DNA of 64,000 nt, taken from Nitrospirota bacterium (GTDB lineage Bacteria > Nitrospirota > Nitrospiria > Nitrospirales > NS-4). This document shows positions 35,421 to 45,909 of this stretch, piece by piece. The stretch lies in assembly GCA_963788195.1 (NCBI GenBank), contig CAWBGA010000017.1, positions 256,001 through 320,000 on the forward strand, read 5' to 3'. The notes under the pieces are model-generated. The model was not told where the DNA came from and did not search any database. It was given only the letters and a program-made list of their open reading frames with translations. Positions within the stretch are counted from its first letter, which is position 1. The number at the start of each line of letters is the position of its first letter. A program made the translations under genes and the position numbers.

Positions 35421-36665
35421 ATGTACATCTACAAGGTTGGCGTCGTCGGCGCAGGCACGATGGGCGCGCAGCTCGCCCAGGTTGTGAGCTATGCCGGATT
35501 ACCGGTCGTGATCACAGATGTGAGCACAGAAATCGCCCAGCGGGGCGTCGAGACCGTGCGTCATATATACCAGGCTCGCGTTGATCGAGGGAAAATGACT
35601 CCGGAGCAGCTCGAGGAGAAAATGCTGCTCGTGACTGCGGCAGGAACACTCACTGCGCTCCGCGAGGTGGATCTCGTGATTGAGGCAGTCTCGGAGAATG
35701 CCGCGCTCAAGGCACAGGTGCTGGGCGATGTGGATGCCATCTGCTCGGCGGGAACGATCCTGGCCAGTAATACTTCCGCCCTCTCGATTTCCTCGTTGGC
35801 AGCCGCCACACGCCGGCCCGGAAAGGTCGTCGGTCTGCACTTTTTCAACCCCGCCTATGCGATGCCGCTCGTCGAGATCATCCCAGGCCTCGCAACTGGT
35901 TTGGACACGGTGGATGACATGGTGAGTTTTGCCGAAAGCATTCGCAAAGTCCCGATCGTGGTCAAGGAATGCGCGGGATTCCTCGTCAATCGCCTCCTCA
36001 TGGTGTACCTCAATGAAGCGGTCCTCTGTCTGCAGGAGGGAGCCGCCACCTGTAAAGAGATTGAGCAGGACATGATCGCATTTGGAATGCCGGTTGGACC
36101 CTTCACGCTCCTCGATACGATCGGGCTCGACATCTCCTATGAGGTTGCGCGGATCCTTCATCAGAGTTACGGGCCAAGGATGGCGCCGGCCACCCTGCTC
36201 GGTGAATTGGTCAAGGCCGGAAGGCTAGGGGTAAAAAATGGTCACGGGTTTTACGAATATGACGGTCCCGAGGTCGGCAATCTGGAGCAGCTTATTGAAA
36301 AGGTTCGGCCCGATTCAACGCCCCCACGGGCCGTGTGGAGCCCCAGCCGGCTCTTGCTTGCGATGGTGAATGAGGCGGTCCTGGCGCTGCAGGAGGGCAT
36401 TGCATCGGCGCGAGATATCGATATCGCCATGGTGGCGGGAACAGGATTTCCACCCGACAAGGAAGGCCCGTTGCATTATGCCGATCGGCTCGGCATCGAT
36501 GTCGTGCTGCATGAACTTGAGGAGTATGCCCAGACCTTAGATCCACGGTTTTGGCCTGCGCCACTACTTCGTCGAATGGTCTCTGCCGGCTTTACAGGAA
36601 CGCACGCGGCCCGAGGCTTCTTTAGCTACGAGATTGCCGCTCAAGGGGCGGGAGGAAACTTATGA
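35421..36665 (+). CDS. 3-hydroxyacyl-CoA dehydrogenase
   Basis: GAGTMG, IEAVSE, ASNTS, HFFNP, GFLVNR; duplicated C-terminal domain. Confidence 0.93.
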   Translation: MYIYKVGVVGAGTMGAQLAQVVSYAGLPVVITDVSTEIAQRGVETVRHIYQARVDRGKMTPEQLEEKMLLVTAAGTLTALREVDLVIEAVSENAALKAQVLGDVDAICSAGTILASNTSALSISSLAAATRRPGKVVGLHFFNPAYAMPLVEIIPGLATGLDTVDDMVSFAESIRKVPIVVKECAGFLVNRLLMVYLNEAVLCLQEGAATCKEIEQDMIAFGMPVGPFTLLDTIGLDISYEVARILHQSYGPRMAPATLLGELVKAGRLGVKNGHGFYEYDGPEVGNLEQLIEKVRPDSTPPRAVWSPSRLLLAMVNEAVLALQEGIASARDIDIAMVAGTGFPPDKEGPLHYADRLGIDVVLHELEEYAQTLDPRFWPAPLLRRMVSAGFTGTHAARGFFSYEIAAQGAGGNL

Positions 36666-37450
36666 CGGCGGTCACGACCCCCTCACTCTCGTGTTCGGTG
36701 GACAACGCGATCGCCACGTTGACGCTGAACCACCCTCCCGTGAATGCGCTCACCCCGGAACTGCTGGGGGAACTTGAGAGCAGCTTCGACAGTCTCGCAA
36801 AGAACAACAGCGTCAAGGTGGTGATTTTGACCGGCACAGGCCGCTTCTTCATTGCCGGAGCGGATATTCAGGTGCTCGCCGGCATCCCCTCCTCCCGGGA
36901 GGGGCGAGAGATGGCCCTGCGGGGACAGGCGATTTTTACGAAAATCGAGCAGTTCGAAAAGCCGGTGATCGCCGCGCTCAATGGGACATGTCTCGGCGGC
37001 GGCTTGGAACTGGCGATGTGCTGCCACATCCGGATTGCGGCGGAAGGGGCGCGCATGGGCCAGCCTGAAGTGAATCTGGGAATCATCCCCGGATTTGGCG
37101 GTACCCAACGGCTCTCGCGTCTGGTCGGCCGGTCCAAGGCGCTCGAACTTATTCTGACGGGTGATCTCCTCTCGGCGTCCGAAGCCAGGGACCTGGGTCT
37201 GATCTCACAGGTCTTGCCGCCGGAAGAACTGTTACGCGCGGCCCAGGGCCTGGCCCGCAAGATTGCGTCAAAAGGCCAGTTGGCTGTACGCGCGGCCCTG
37301 CGCGCCGTGACCCACGGTGCCGAACTCGCGCTGCAGGAAGGGTTGCGGCAGGAAGCGCAACTGTTCGCCTATCTCTGTGATTCCGATGACAAGCGGGAAG
37401 GCGTCCAAGCTTTCTTGGAGAAACGGCAGCCGCAGTTTAAAGATCGATAA
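36662..37450 (+). CDS. Enoyl-CoA hydratase
   Basis: AGADI, GGGLELA, PEVNLGIIPGFGG. Confidence 0.95.
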   Translation: MTAVTTPSLSCSVDNAIATLTLNHPPVNALTPELLGELESSFDSLAKNNSVKVVILTGTGRFFIAGADIQVLAGIPSSREGREMALRGQAIFTKIEQFEKPVIAALNGTCLGGGLELAMCCHIRIAAEGARMGQPEVNLGIIPGFGGTQRLSRLVGRSKALELILTGDLLSASEARDLGLISQVLPPEELLRAAQGLARKIASKGQLAVRAALRAVTHGAELALQEGLRQEAQLFAYLCDSDDKREGVQAFLEKRQPQFKDR

Positions 37451-37476
37451 CGCTTGAGAAGATAGGGGTTCGAGCG

Positions 37477-38676
37477 ATGGCGCGATCCAGATTGGCGTTG
37501 GCGTTATCAGGTGGGGGTTTTACCGGCTATCTGTTTGAGATCGGAGCGCTGACCGCTCTTGATGACGTGTTCGACGATGGATTTAGCGTCACGCATTTCG
37601 ACTTCTACGTCGGGGTCAGCGCAGGGTCGGCAGCCGCCGCTCTGATGGCGAACGGAGTGAAACCCGAGGAGGTTCTGCGGGCTAACCTCCTCGGCGAACG
37701 TCCCTATTACTTCGAGCGCCGCGACATTTTTGTCCCGGCGATGGGTGAAGGCTTCAAGAGCATCACCCGATTGATTCAGCAATTCGGTCAGGTTTTTACG
37801 ATGTATCTCCGCAACGGCCGTGGGATGGGACTCGTTGGCCTCTTGGAGAAGGCACAAGAGACATTTCCCTGCGGGATCTATTCTCTTGACCCATTCGCGC
37901 GCTACCTGGAAACCACATTTGCCGCAAAAGGTTTGAGCAATTCCTTTGAAGGGCTGCGGCATGCTCTTTACATTCCCGCGATTGATCTGGAAACCGGGCA
38001 GAGCGTGGTTTTCGGGGATGAGGGATGGCGCCAGGTGCCGATTTCGAAGGCGGTGACCGCCTCATCGGCCGCCCCCATCTACTTCTGTCCGGTGCGAATC
38101 GAAGGCCGCGAGTATATCGACGCAGGTATCGGCCGGTTTGATTGCTTTGACCTCGCCGCCCAAAAAGCGGCGGACTTTATGCTGATCATCCACCCATCGC
38201 CACTTCTTGGCATGGCCCCGCTGGGGGCGCTCACCCCAACCAACCGGTCGGCCAATTCACGGCATCGAGGTTTTCTGTCGATCTCGGATCTGGCGTCACG
38301 CATAAATCTGGAGGCCCGCTTTCGCTTGGCCTTAGACCTCAACCGACGCGAACATCCCGGGAAGTTTTTCGTGATTTCCCCGGACCCTTCCGAAAGCTTG
38401 AGCTTCGAGAGGAGCCGATTTCTGACGTTCCAAGACCGGATCCATCTCCTTCGTTGCGGGTACCTCTCCGCCGCCCAGATGATCCAGAAACACGTTACGG
38501 AGATGCGACCCAGGCTGGCTCGACATGGAATTTCCATTTCGATTCCAAAGATGGAAGAGCGGATGCGGATCCGCCTCCAACAGTTTGACGAGGGGGCGCA
38601 CGCAAGTTCTCAGGGTGCACAACACTCGCCCGGCCACGCTGGCCCAACAGCGGCATTGTCAAAGGTCCCCGGCTAA
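37477..38676 (+). CDS. Patatin-like phospholipase
   Basis: LSGGG, GVSAG nucleophile motif, ASSAAP, DAG. Confidence 0.88.
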   Translation: MARSRLALALSGGGFTGYLFEIGALTALDDVFDDGFSVTHFDFYVGVSAGSAAAALMANGVKPEEVLRANLLGERPYYFERRDIFVPAMGEGFKSITRLIQQFGQVFTMYLRNGRGMGLVGLLEKAQETFPCGIYSLDPFARYLETTFAAKGLSNSFEGLRHALYIPAIDLETGQSVVFGDEGWRQVPISKAVTASSAAPIYFCPVRIEGREYIDAGIGRFDCFDLAAQKAADFMLIIHPSPLLGMAPLGALTPTNRSANSRHRGFLSISDLASRINLEARFRLALDLNRREHPGKFFVISPDPSESLSFERSRFLTFQDRIHLLRCGYLSAAQMIQKHVTEMRPRLARHGISISIPKMEERMRIRLQQFDEGAHASSQGAQHSPGHAGPTAALSKVPG

Positions 38677-38732
38677 GGCCCTATGCCAATCCATACACAT
38701 GCGGGTTCAATCGTAACAGCTGAGTCAACGAC

Positions 38733-40670
38733 ATGGTGACAGGAGAAAAAATCTTTCAGGGCTCACTGGCGGCAGCCGAGGTCTCCCGAGATACGAAGAC
38801 CTACTCAGGTTTCATGTCCGGCCTGTTCGAAGGCGCCGTTCGTCGGCATCTCTTCAGCTGTTACTCCACTACGCCCATGGGCGCAGAGGCGGAAGACTTC
38901 GTAGAACGACTCCGTCTGCTTCTCGTCCAGAAAGTCGACCCAGAACGAATTGATCGAGACGGCGATATCAGCGAGGACGTGATTGCCGCATTCCGAGAGA
39001 TTGGCGCGTTTGGGATCAAAATCCCCAAAGCCTACGGCGGTCTGGGCCTCTCCCAGAGCGAATATCACACCGTTGCGACCCTTCTTGGCAGTCATGATGC
39101 GTCGACGACCGTCCTGATCTCGGCTCATAATTCTATTGGGGTCGGGGAGCCGGTCAAACTGGTAGGCGACCCGGGCCAGAAGAAGCGATTGTTGCCGCGC
39201 CTTGCGAAGGGGGAAATTTCAGGATTTGCGCTGACCGAAAAGGGCGCCGGCTGCGATATCTGGGATCTCAAAGCCTATGCCGTGCCCGTCAAGGAACATG
39301 GGCGCACCATCGGCTACCGGCTTACGGCCGATAAGCTGTACACGACGAATGCGCCGCACCGCAAAAATGAGTTTTTAGCCTCGTTGTTGATCGTCATTGC
39401 GCAGATTGTGAATGCGCCGCACGAGGTCCACCGTCCGAAGGAGGAGCGACAGTTCGGCGCGTTTGTGGTTGAAACAAGCGCGCCGGGCTGCAGTTGCAGC
39501 CGTCTTCGATTCATGGGCGTTCGGGGGATCTACAACGGCCAGGTGCATTTGCGCGATGTCTTTGTTCCGGTCGAGGACCGGCTGGGAGAAGAGGGCAAGG
39601 GCCTGCGCCGTGCCTTAGAAAGTTTGACGGTCGGACGGCTCACCCTGCCCGCGGCCTGCTTGGGCGTTTTGAAGCAATGTCTCTGGTTTGCCCGGTTACG
39701 CGCGCAGACCCGTGTGCAGTATGACCGTCCCATCGGGGAGCACACGGACATCGGTTCAAAGCTCGTGGCCATGGCCTCGCGCGTGCTGGCTCTTGAAGCC
39801 CTCGTGAAGATCACCGGAATCTGGGTCGATGAGAAGCAGGATGTTCGTCTTGAATCAGCGGCGGCAAAAATTCTCGCCACGGAATGGCTGCTTGAATCAT
39901 TACTTGATCTTTTCCGCTTGTACGGCGGCCGGGCGTATGAGACACCGGATTCGCTCCGTCTCCGAGGTGAAATTCCGGTGCCGATCGAACGGATGATACG
40001 CGACGCATTAATCAATATCATCTGGGAAGGGACCAATGGCATTTTGAACCTTTGGATCGGCAGGGAAGGCCTGGAGGAGTATTTTAAGCAGGGCAAGGCC
40101 TTTCTGGATCTGCAGATCAAGGAGATGTTCTTGGCCACCCCATTTTTTGCAAAGGTCATGTCCCGTTCGCTCCATACCTTTTCTTCGCATGAGAAAAACG
40201 GCGCTGCGAAAACGCCCTCGGACGTCTGGAAGCGCTTCGTGGAAGAGAAGAGCAGAGAACTTGCGCGCAAGACCCTTCTGGCGACAGCACGGCATCGCCG
40301 CCGACTCGTGCCGAAGCAAATTTTGATGAGACGTTTTGTCAAAGCCAGCATGAATCTGTTTGCCATTGAAGCAGTCGTGTGGTACGCGTCGCAGAAGGAT
40401 GTGAAGGGAAGGGAGCTTTCAGCATCCCTGCTCACGTATTTCTGCTCCCGAGTGAAAGAAGAATTCGAGCCTACGCCGCTGTTGTCTCTGCGGACCTCAT
40501 TTTGGGACGACGACACGACGGTGTACCGGATAGCGAAAGACCTTCTCTCTGGAAAAGCCGAATGGCTCGAGGATGGAATCGTCAAGATGCCGTTGACAGA
40601 TGATCCGTCTCACGAAGACCTCGTCAATGAAGGTGGAGGGTGTTTTACGCCCACGCGCCATGCCCTGTGA
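38733..40670 (+). CDS. Acyl-CoA dehydrogenase (long/very-long-chain type)
   Basis: IPKAYGGLG, FALTE..AG.D, GRL, YGGRAY, IWEGTN. Confidence 0.92.
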   Translation: MVTGEKIFQGSLAAAEVSRDTKTYSGFMSGLFEGAVRRHLFSCYSTTPMGAEAEDFVERLRLLLVQKVDPERIDRDGDISEDVIAAFREIGAFGIKIPKAYGGLGLSQSEYHTVATLLGSHDASTTVLISAHNSIGVGEPVKLVGDPGQKKRLLPRLAKGEISGFALTEKGAGCDIWDLKAYAVPVKEHGRTIGYRLTADKLYTTNAPHRKNEFLASLLIVIAQIVNAPHEVHRPKEERQFGAFVVETSAPGCSCSRLRFMGVRGIYNGQVHLRDVFVPVEDRLGEEGKGLRRALESLTVGRLTLPAACLGVLKQCLWFARLRAQTRVQYDRPIGEHTDIGSKLVAMASRVLALEALVKITGIWVDEKQDVRLESAAAKILATEWLLESLLDLFRLYGGRAYETPDSLRLRGEIPVPIERMIRDALINIIWEGTNGILNLWIGREGLEEYFKQGKAFLDLQIKEMFLATPFFAKVMSRSLHTFSSHEKNGAAKTPSDVWKRFVEEKSRELARKTLLATARHRRRLVPKQILMRRFVKASMNLFAIEAVVWYASQKDVKGRELSASLLTYFCSRVKEEFEPTPLLSLRTSFWDDDTTVYRIAKDLLSGKAEWLEDGIVKMPLTDDPSHEDLVNEGGGCFTPTRHAL

Positions 40671-41460
40671 GCCTGCCACGGCGCCCCTGGTGATTGCGCA
40701 CCGGGGCGCCTCCGGCATCGTCCCTGAAAACACCTGCCTTGCCCTGTCCACCGCAATGGACCTCGGCGCTGACATGGTCGAGGTGGACATTCAACTGAGT
40801 CGGGACAGGTACCCCGTCGTCTTTCATGATGGGGACTTGGCTCGCACTCGGTGCTCCGCGCAGTACTCACCGCGCGCACTCAAATCCCTTCGGATCGGCG
40901 ATCTGAACTTGTGGCAGCTTAAGCAGCTGGATGTCGGATCATGGAAGCACCGGAAATTTGCCGGCTTGACCATACCGACGCTCGTAGAGGTTCTCTCACT
41001 GTGTGGAGGAAAGATTGCGCTGAACCTGGAGGTGAAAATCCCTTCTAATGGTGACGAGGCACGGGTACGGCATGCCATGATCGATGAACTCGGTGAAGCC
41101 CTGACCGGCTATCCATTGCCGGAGTCTGTCCTGATTTCCTCTTTCGACGGGGAAGTTTTGAAACTGGCCCGTGGTGCATTCCCTACGAGCCGGTTGGGCA
41201 TCCTGCCGCAGCAGCAAGGCCTTCGGGAGACCCTTCGACTTGCCGATCGTCTGAACGCGTTTTCAGTTCATCTGCGCTGTGCATCCATAGGGCCGGCGAT
41301 TGTGAAGTCAATCCGTGGGCGCGGCGTGCGTCTCTACGCATACACCACTGATCGAACGCAGACTTTCAAAAGATTGATCGCCGCCGGCGTCGATGGCATC
41401 TTCACGAACTTTCCAGATCGCATGATCGCTCTAAGAGATCCACAACCGCGTTCCCGATAG
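40600..41460 (+). CDS. Glycerophosphodiester phosphodiesterase (start probably near 40660)
   Basis: IAHRGAS...PENT, EVDIQLSRD, HD, IPTL.E, NLEVK, GVDGIFTNFP. Confidence 0.92.
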   Translation: MIRLTKTSSMKVEGVLRPRAMPCEPATAPLVIAHRGASGIVPENTCLALSTAMDLGADMVEVDIQLSRDRYPVVFHDGDLARTRCSAQYSPRALKSLRIGDLNLWQLKQLDVGSWKHRKFAGLTIPTLVEVLSLCGGKIALNLEVKIPSNGDEARVRHAMIDELGEALTGYPLPESVLISSFDGEVLKLARGAFPTSRLGILPQQQGLRETLRLADRLNAFSVHLRCASIGPAIVKSIRGRGVRLYAYTTDRTQTFKRLIAAGVDGIFTNFPDRMIALRDPQPRSR

Positions 41461-42613
41461 GAATTGACGCAGTGGCTGCCGGCGACGGCGCGTTACAGAT
41501 ATGAATCGAGCGTGGTCCTTGGACGACGAGAAAATCATCCAGTAACCGGCCATCATTCGTCAGTGCTTGCGCGCGTACGCCTGCGGGCGCAGTTACAAGG
41601 TCCTCTGCGAGAATATCCGGAATCAATCGGTGAACGCGCCTCAGAAAAAGAGTCTTGCTCATCGCGCGGATCGCTTCCTTGCCGCCCTCACGCCAATGAC
41701 GCGCGGCAAACATCCAAAACCCTCGGGACCCCAGAAGTTCCATGGCATCGTGCAGATCAATCTCTTTTTTCCGGTACCCTTCCCGTTTAAAGGCGACGAC
41801 TGCGCTCGGACCCACTCTGACCTCACCGCTCATCTGTCGATTGAAGTGGACTCCCAGAAATGGGTAACGAGGATTCGGCACCGGATAGATCACGCCCCTC
41901 ACGAGATGCTGTTTCTCCGGTCTCAAGCGATAGTATTCCCCCCTGATCGGGATGATGCGCATCCCTGTTTGAAGACCCATTAATTCGGCAATGCGATCAG
42001 AGTGTAGCCCGGCGCAATTGATGAGAAACCGTGTTTGGTAAGAGGCCAAGGGTGACTCGATCTCCAAGTGAGAGGGCAGGACGGTAATCCGCTTGACGTC
42101 CGTGTTGAGCTGCAAGTCGCCATTGCCCTTCTGAATGAGCTCAGCAAATGTCTCGGCAACCTGACGATAACTGACAATGGCGGTGCTGGGGACCCGAAGG
42201 CCGGCCAAGCCGGCACAATGCGGCTCGATCTCACGTATCTCCTCCGCGCAAAGCTTCATCGCCTGGACACTATTGAGGAGGCCGCGCTGATAGACCGCCT
42301 CCAGGAGAGACAATTCTTCCTGCCGGGTTGCTACAATCAGCTTCCCGCATACTTGATGTGGTATCCCATGCTCCCGGCAGAAGGCCACCATCGCGTGATT
42401 GCCTTCCCGACAATACCGCGCTTTGAGACTGCCGGGCTGGTAATAGATCCCGGAGTGGATTTCGCCGCTGTTGTTCCCAGTCTGGTGCTCCCCCCATCGG
42501 CCCTCCTTTTCCAAGACGAGAATTTTGGCCCTCGGATACCGACGAGTCATCGCCCAGCCGGAGGAGAGGCCGACAATGCCTCCGCCCACTATGGCTACGT
42601 CGTATCTGGGCAT
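41402..42613 (-). CDS. lhgO: L-2-hydroxyglutarate oxidase
   Basis: GGGIVG, HQTGNNSG.IHSGIYY.PGSLKA, PFLGVHF, AGVRAQAL, NAPSPAATAS. Confidence 0.92.
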   Translation of the reverse strand: MPRYDVAIVGGGIVGLSSGWAMTRRYPRAKILVLEKEGRWGEHQTGNNSGEIHSGIYYQPGSLKARYCREGNHAMVAFCREHGIPHQVCGKLIVATRQEELSLLEAVYQRGLLNSVQAMKLCAEEIREIEPHCAGLAGLRVPSTAIVSYRQVAETFAELIQKGNGDLQLNTDVKRITVLPSHLEIESPLASYQTRFLINCAGLHSDRIAELMGLQTGMRIIPIRGEYYRLRPEKQHLVRGVIYPVPNPRYPFLGVHFNRQMSGEVRVGPSAVVAFKREGYRKKEIDLHDAMELLGSRGFWMFAARHWREGGKEAIRAMSKTLFLRRVHRLIPDILAEDLVTAPAGVRAQALTNDGRLLDDFLVVQGPRSIHICNAPSPAATASIPIGNAVVDLLERSCDLESS

Positions 42614-42763
42614 CTCAGCTATTCCGTGCGTGAAAGTGAAACCCGTGTGAAGGCTGCTGGTTGGGCGTCAATCTAATAGAGACATACACCTAGATAATGT
42701 ACGCGCTCTCGGCCGGAAGGGCAAGGAAGGGGACGATGGCTTCCAAGGGGTAACAGATTAAAG

Positions 42764-43105
42764 CTAGCCTACCTCGATGTGAATGCTCTTGATCCGGCGG
42801 CGTTGGGAATTGAGGACGGACTCCACGAATTCCCCAATCAGTTGCGAGGGTCGATTTTCCCCCTTGGTGACCGCCCAACATTCCAGAATCTGTAGCTGGC
42901 TGTTCCAACGATACCGGACCGCCCCTTTACCCCCGCTTCGGCTGTGCACCCAGCTCCAGCCTTCGGGACGGTCGATCTTTTGCTGTTGCTGGAGGCGTAC
43001 CGGGTACTTGTTGCGTTTTCGTGTCCGGTCTTTCGTCAGATCATTATTGAGTGAATCTCGCAATGACGTGCCTTTCGCACTAACGACCCAGAAGCGGACC
43101 TTCAT
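42764..43105 (-). CDS. Hypothetical basic protein
   Basis: MKVRFW start with a GGAGG RBS at the edge of the repeat module; no recognised motif. Confidence 0.55.
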   Translation of the reverse strand: MKVRFWVVSAKGTSLRDSLNNDLTKDRTRKRNKYPVRLQQQQKIDRPEGWSWVHSRSGGKGAVRYRWNSQLQILECWAVTKGENRPSQLIGEFVESVLNSQRRRIKSIHIEVG

Positions 43106-43109
43106 GGCG

Positions 43110-43472
43110 CCCTCCAAACAAAGCTTGCTCGACCCGAAGGCCTGATGATTATTTAAGGCCGCCGGGGTAGTTTGATTACTCTTTCTTTCTGCGGAATCCC
43201 ATTACACTCCACCATTGCACCCGCCCGCCCCTCGCCCGCCAAGACGGGCTTCCTTCCCGAGGCCTGGAGTTATCTCGACCCCTTGCAAATGAAGGCAAGG
43301 GGTGCCCCGGACAAACTCCCTTCCCCTAGGCTTGCTCGCTATTACACCCAGCCCACCCTCGAACTCGCCATTGCACCCGCCCGCCCTGGAGTTTGCCGAG
43401 ACAAACTCCTTTACCCTTCTGACGCAGTTCGTTTCTCCCATGGGCCTGATGCTTATTTAAGGCCGCCGGGGG
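43110..43472 (+). repeat. Modular repeat cluster B (full and partial 45-nt modules, two hairpins)
   Basis: Modules at 43122-43167 and 43443-43471; GCCCG-CCAAGA-CGGGC at 43234-43249; GGAGTTTG-CCGAGA-CAAACTCC at 43388-43409. Confidence 0.85.
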
Positions 43473-43495
43473 AGTTGTTGTTGGACGAGCCCAAC

Positions 43496-44101
43496 TCACT
43501 GCGAGCGAAACAAGACTACTCCCATATAGGCGAGGATCCCGTTGAGACCGACGTTTCGATCTCCCGTCCCCGCGTTAGAGATATGATGAAACCTAAGGCC
43601 GAGGGTAAGGGCATAGTTAGGTGATACGAAATACTGAAGACCTGATCCCACTTGAAGGACGAAATTGAACGGCGAGCCGTAGTCAAGGGCAGGCGGCAGG
43701 TCTGACCATAGCATTCCCGCCCCTGCATCCAGATAAGGGACCCACCGACCAAATGTAACAAAGTTGTACTTCAGCAGCAATGATCCGCCTGCGGCTGTCG
43801 CGCCGAACGGCCTGAAATACCGAGCGTAGAGCGGCTCTGCCAAGACCTGCAATCTGCCGAGGAACGACCCGCGCCCCAGTTCGCCGCTCACAACCGTTCC
43901 CAACCGAGGAAGAACATAGAGAGCGCCGCGGTCATTCGAGACCGAGGGCCGCGTATCAAATCCTATCAGGTATCCCACTACGAGTCCGGCCTCCAGTGTG
44001 CCCATCTGGAGAAGATCACGGGGACTTGGGGTTTCAGCCCAAGAACCTGTTGAGCCATGTAACACGATTAAAAATGTGAGCATGCTGGTCAGAACACGCA
44101 T
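43496..44101 (-). CDS. Lipid A 3-O-deacylase (PagL-like acyloxyacyl hydrolase)
   Basis: Signal peptide; PYLDAGAG, FNF...G.G, RFHHISNAG...N.GLN. Confidence 0.85.
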   Translation of the reverse strand: MRVLTSMLTFLIVLHGSTGSWAETPSPRDLLQMGTLEAGLVVGYLIGFDTRPSVSNDRGALYVLPRLGTVVSGELGRGSFLGRLQVLAEPLYARYFRPFGATAAGGSLLLKYNFVTFGRWVPYLDAGAGMLWSDLPPALDYGSPFNFVLQVGSGLQYFVSPNYALTLGLRFHHISNAGTGDRNVGLNGILAYMGVVLFRSQ

Positions 44102-44260
44102 GACATAGCAGTACCGTAGTGGAAGCCGGAAATGGGATCATACAGAAGGGAACTCAGGTATCTAAAGCCTAATACGCAGGTTTTTCCTTGCATTATGTTC
44201 CAGCGACAGCAAAAGAGGTACCATAGCGTCAAGCTTCAGTCACTCCTTGAGGCAAGAGAG

Positions 44261-44581
44261 ATGAATCAGGCCGGAAACACCGAACAGGCAGAGATAGCCG
44301 TGAGCTACCGGTTTGCGCGAGAGCATGGCTGGGTGGTCAATGCTATCGGCGGGTTTCTGTCGGCCTACTTTATGGAGGATCCCCGCTTCCAGGTTCTACG
44401 CCGCTACGAAGAACTGGATACGGGCACCGTCGTGTGGCTTTGTCAGATGGAACCAGGGATGTCAATGAAACGGCTGTGCAAACGGCTCTCGGTGGACTTA
44501 CCGGCGAGCCGCATCACTGAATGCAAGGAGGCTCCCAATAGCATGATTCGGTATGTGATTGAGGCACCGGAGGCAGGCTAG
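44261..44581 (+). CDS. Hypothetical protein
   Basis: ORF with plausible RBS and natural composition. Confidence 0.55.
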   Translation: MNQAGNTEQAEIAVSYRFAREHGWVVNAIGGFLSAYFMEDPRFQVLRRYEELDTGTVVWLCQMEPGMSMKRLCKRLSVDLPASRITECKEAPNSMIRYVIEAPEAG

Positions 44582-45369
44582 CCGGACGGCTTCCATGCCG
44601 AAAGGACACACCGCTGCGCAATGAGTGGCGTAAAGCTCGCCACGTCTTCAGAGACTGTATTCATAACCTTGTGGGCCAGACGCAGATCATCGAAACATTC
44701 ATACACGTCCTCAAGAAAACCTCCCCTCAGCAGCGGATGGTTGAGAAACAATGAGCCGGCCCCGGTTGGAACTTCCAAAGGCCATTCGGCCACCTGGATT
44801 TGTGCCAGATTCAACGTCTCAAGCCACCCGCGGCCGTCATCGGCCGAAGGCCGCTCTGCTACATGGGTTGCAAGTCGTTCCCGCTCTCGTCGCAGGCCGT
44901 GACTGGTCATTTCCTGATCGATTCTACGCCAGAGTGCATCAAACGTCCCTCGCGATGGGAAGGTCAAAACCAGTTGACCGCCTGGCTTCAGATGCTGAGC
45001 CAGACCACGGACTGTATTGAACCGGTCCGGGCGAAAAAACATAACCGAAAGATTGCCCGTGATGCGGTCAAAGCTCGGCAGACTTCCCTCGAGCGAGCGC
45101 ACATCGCGACACTCAAAACGAAGCCATGGCAGATGTTTCCCTTGAATCCTTCGAGCCTGTGCAAGCTGGTTCTCGCTGCAATCGATTCCAAGTACTTGTC
45201 CGGTGGGGCCGACCTTCTCAGCGACGTATAATGCCGGAATGCCATCCCCCGACGCCACATCTAGGACAGTCGCGCCAGAAAAAATATCGAGATAATGTAA
45301 TAACGCCTCCGCAAAGGGAGTTGACCAGTAATCCTCTGACGGCAGCCACCGTGAAGGCACTTGAGGCAA
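44578..45369 (-). CDS. Class I SAM-dependent methyltransferase
   Basis: VLDVASGDG, GID, FD, LKPGG. Confidence 0.88.
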   Translation of the reverse strand: MPQVPSRWLPSEDYWSTPFAEALLHYLDIFSGATVLDVASGDGIPALYVAEKVGPTGQVLGIDCSENQLAQARRIQGKHLPWLRFECRDVRSLEGSLPSFDRITGNLSVMFFRPDRFNTVRGLAQHLKPGGQLVLTFPSRGTFDALWRRIDQEMTSHGLRRERERLATHVAERPSADDGRGWLETLNLAQIQVAEWPLEVPTGAGSLFLNHPLLRGGFLEDVYECFDDLRLAHKVMNTVSEDVASFTPLIAQRCVLSAWKPSG

Positions 45370-45447
45370 TCTTTCTACGCGCCCGCCTGCGGATCTGCCG
45401 GGGGCAGCCCTACCACCATGAGTCTTGCTTACAAAGGACCTGAATGA

Positions 45448-45909
45448 TTATTTGTTTTTTAGGTGAGTCAACGCTTCTTCGGCATGTTTGGTGCCTTCTG
45501 TAGCATTGCCTTTCTGCGCTTCGTCGACTGCCAATTTTAAATGTTTAATCCCTTCCTGCACGTGGGCTTCAGCATGGAGCTTCTCGCCCCTCTCTGCACT
45601 CTGTAAGGCCGCCTCGGCATGCTTGCGCAACCCCGCAGCATTTCCTGCTTTACCTTGTGCGATGGCCTTCTGGGTGTGCTTGATGGCCTTCCGTTCCTTG
45701 GCCTCCTGTTTCGCGTGCGCAGGATCCTTTTTGCCGCCCATGTCCGTGCTGGAACCTTCATGTTGTTCACTTGCGGAGCTGGGAGGAGGTGCTGATGTGG
45801 CGGGAGCGCCTGCAGGAGGCTCAGGCTCGGAGGTTACCGCATAGCCGACGTGGACTGTCGCGCACAGCAGAATCGTGGACAAGATGAACACCGGTGAAAT
45901 ACGAGACAT
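45448..45909 (-). CDS. SmbP-like small periplasmic metal-binding protein
   Basis: Signal peptide; periodic His in helices (KHAEAAL, HVQEGIKHL, KHAEEALTHL). Confidence 0.8.
   Translation of the reverse strand: MSRISPVFILSTILLCATVHVGYAVTSEPEPPAGAPATSAPPPSSASEQHEGSSTDMGGKKDPAHAKQEAKERKAIKHTQKAIAQGKAGNAAGLRKHAEAALQSAERGEKLHAEAHVQEGIKHLKLAVDEAQKGNATEGTKHAEEALTHLKNK

Noticed and set aside
39530..40585. Long antisense ORFs such as this 351-aa one
   Set aside because: Shadow frames of GC-rich genes that have clear identities on the other strand.
41402..41460. Convergent 3' overlap of GDPD and lhgO
   Set aside because: Short tail overlaps are common and no special structure is visible.
43139..43167. 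CTGATGA in the 45-nt module as a hammerhead ribozyme
   Set aside because: No stem II or GAAA follows, and other copies read CCGATGA or CCGATGG.
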